From: Candidatus Eiseniibacteriota bacterium
GTDB lineage: Bacteria; Eisenbacteria; RBG-16-71-46
DNA: 64,000 nucleotides
NCBI GenBank assembly: GCA_038231135.1
Contig: JBBRLX010000016.1
Coordinates: 22,751 to 86,750, forward strand
Reading direction: 5' to 3'
Shown here: positions 62,529-64,000 of the stretch, piece by piece
Numbering within the stretch: the stretch's first letter is position 1
How the letters are laid out: every line of letters begins with the position of its first letter
Program-made: the position numbers and the translations under genes
Notes under the pieces: generated by a model
Told to the model about the DNA's origin: nothing
Databases searched by the model: none
What the model saw: only the letters and a program-made list of their open reading frames with translations

Positions 62529-63809
62529 ATGTTCGCACGTCCCGAAGCTGCCCGCCCGCGCCCACGGCCTTCCGAACGGCCCGATCCCAAGCCATGGCTC
62601 GTCCTGTGGTCCGCCGGCGCGGCCGTGCGCGTGGCGGCGCTGTTCCTGCCACGATTCGACCCTGTGACGTCGGCGTTCCCGGCGGGTCGCGCGATCGCCG
62701 CCGCACTCGCAGCCGGGCAGGGGTTTTCAGCGCACACGCCGGCCGGGCTGGCTCCCACGATCGCCGCTCCCCCGTTCGCGCCCTGGCTCCTGAGCGGCAT
62801 GCTGCGACTGCCGGTTCCGGAGCCGATGGGTGCGTGGGTCGCGCTCGCGCTGGTCGGCGCGCTCACGCCGGTCGTGATCGCCGCGCTCGGCGCGGGCGTG
62901 TACGGCGGCGGCGCCGGACGCTGGGCCGGCTGGATCGCGGCGTTCGATCCGTTCCTCGTGTGGGCGCCGCTGGTCGAGTGCGTCGCGGCGCTCGCGCTGG
63001 GGGTGGCATTGCTCGCGACCGCCGGCTGGGTCAAGACGCCGCGTCCGGGTCGCGCGCTCGGCGTGGGGCTGCTATGGGGCGTCGGCGCGCTCACCCATCC
63101 CGCGCTGCTCGGCCTCGCCGCACTGGTCACGGCCTGGGCGTGGGTGCCGCTCGGACTCACGGTCGCGCCCGGCGATCGCCTGCGCCAGGTGGGGCTGGTG
63201 CTGGTGGGTCTGTCGATCGTCGTGCTGCCGTGGACCGCGCGGAACGGCGCGGTCGCGCACGCGTTCGTGCCGGTGAACACCGGCAACGGCGTCGCGCTGC
63301 TCGCCGCCTCGAGTCACGAAGCGTGGACCGATCCGGCGCTCGCAGGAGCCCCCGCTCCGCAGCCGCTGCCCGTTCTCGCCGGGGCCGCCGCGGAGGCCAC
63401 CGCCGATCGCGTCGCGTTCGCGATGGCAACCGCTCACATGCGCGATCACACCGCGGAGTCGCTGCCGGTGCTGGGGGCGCGCGTGCTGAGCTTCTGCCTC
63501 GGCCCCCGCGGGACGCTGCCGCTTGCGATCACGGCGTGGCTATTGCTGCCGTGTGCGCTATGGGGCGCGGCCCGCACTATGACCGGGGCGCGGCGCATGT
63601 TCCAATCGCTCCCGCTGGTCGTGGCGCTATGGTTCATCGCACGCGCCCTGGTCTACGGCGCGGATGCCGCGGCGCGCGCCCCCGTGGAACCGGTGCTGGC
63701 GCTGATCGCGGCCGTCGGATTGGACGACGTGCGGCGCCGCACGCGCGCGCGCGCACACGGGTTCACCGTTATCGAGGGTCGTGGTGCCAGGCGGCCGGCA
63801 GGGCGCTGA
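62529..63809 (+). CDS. GT-C (ArnT/PMT-like) membrane protein
   Basis: Multi-TM, GLLWGVGALTHP, LPWTARN...FVPVNTGNG, RAPVEP; extended -10 TGGTAGAAT 6 nt before ATG. Confidence 0.7.
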   Translation: MFARPEAARPRPRPSERPDPKPWLVLWSAGAAVRVAALFLPRFDPVTSAFPAGRAIAAALAAGQGFSAHTPAGLAPTIAAPPFAPWLLSGMLRLPVPEPMGAWVALALVGALTPVVIAALGAGVYGGGAGRWAGWIAAFDPFLVWAPLVECVAALALGVALLATAGWVKTPRPGRALGVGLLWGVGALTHPALLGLAALVTAWAWVPLGLTVAPGDRLRQVGLVLVGLSIVVLPWTARNGAVAHAFVPVNTGNGVALLAASSHEAWTDPALAGAPAPQPLPVLAGAAAEATADRVAFAMATAHMRDHTAESLPVLGARVLSFCLGPRGTLPLAITAWLLLPCALWGAARTMTGARRMFQSLPLVVALWFIARALVYGADAAARAPVEPVLALIAAVGLDDVRRRTRARAHGFTVIEGRGARRPAGR

Positions 63810-63855
63810 TCAATCGGTGAGGGGCTGTCCGGAGGTGAGGCCGGCAGGGCGCTGA

Positions 63856-64000
63856 GTAATCGGTGAGGGGCTGTCCTCCGGCGGGGACGCTTCGGCCCCG
63901 CCCTCCTGGCGGGTCCTCGCTACTCGGGCAGCGCTCCGTGCATCCCTGCACTCCCGCGCTGCCCTCGGTCCCCGCCTCCGGACAGCCCCTCACCGATTAC
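63856..64000. mobile_element. MITE/REPIN-like element with 21 bp terminal inverted repeats
   Basis: GTAATCGGTGAGGGGCTGTCC (63856-63876) and its perfect reverse complement (63980-64000); extra left end at 63812-63835. Confidence 0.75.

Overview
High-GC bacterial chromosomal window. Secreted proteins with FlgD/T9SS-like C-terminal domains and a C-terminal 'TWGR..LYR' tail suggest an FCB-related lineage such as Ca. Eisenbacteria (inference). Contents in order: a K+ uptake locus (partial kdpB, kdpA, kdpF, a second membrane peptide, a KimA-like APC transporter); a general-stress-like block (glycine-zipper protein, collapsed Ku, sodC, topoisomerase IB, DAGK-PAP2 fusion, metallothionein remnant); central metabolism (GH13, aceK-icd, PPi-PFK, two citrate synthases); an S1-domain protein; secreted S8/propeller proteins; a PA2779-C39-TPR operon divergent from a YjbH-like barrel; an HNH element with internal palindromes; an orphan BMC-T shell gene; an eroded ECF42; and a MITE-like repeat at the right edge. 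The best novelty candidate is a pair of paralogous small lipoprotein-like proteins (20358-20744, 40831-41208) with a mirror-symmetric cysteine ladder and a conserved YNEGAGxGGR tail. One copy follows the YjbH-like barrel gene and is bracketed by inverted repeats. A second theme is several genes collapsed by internal deletion. No rRNA, complete tRNA or CRISPR array was seen. All calls come from reading the sequence; no searches were run.
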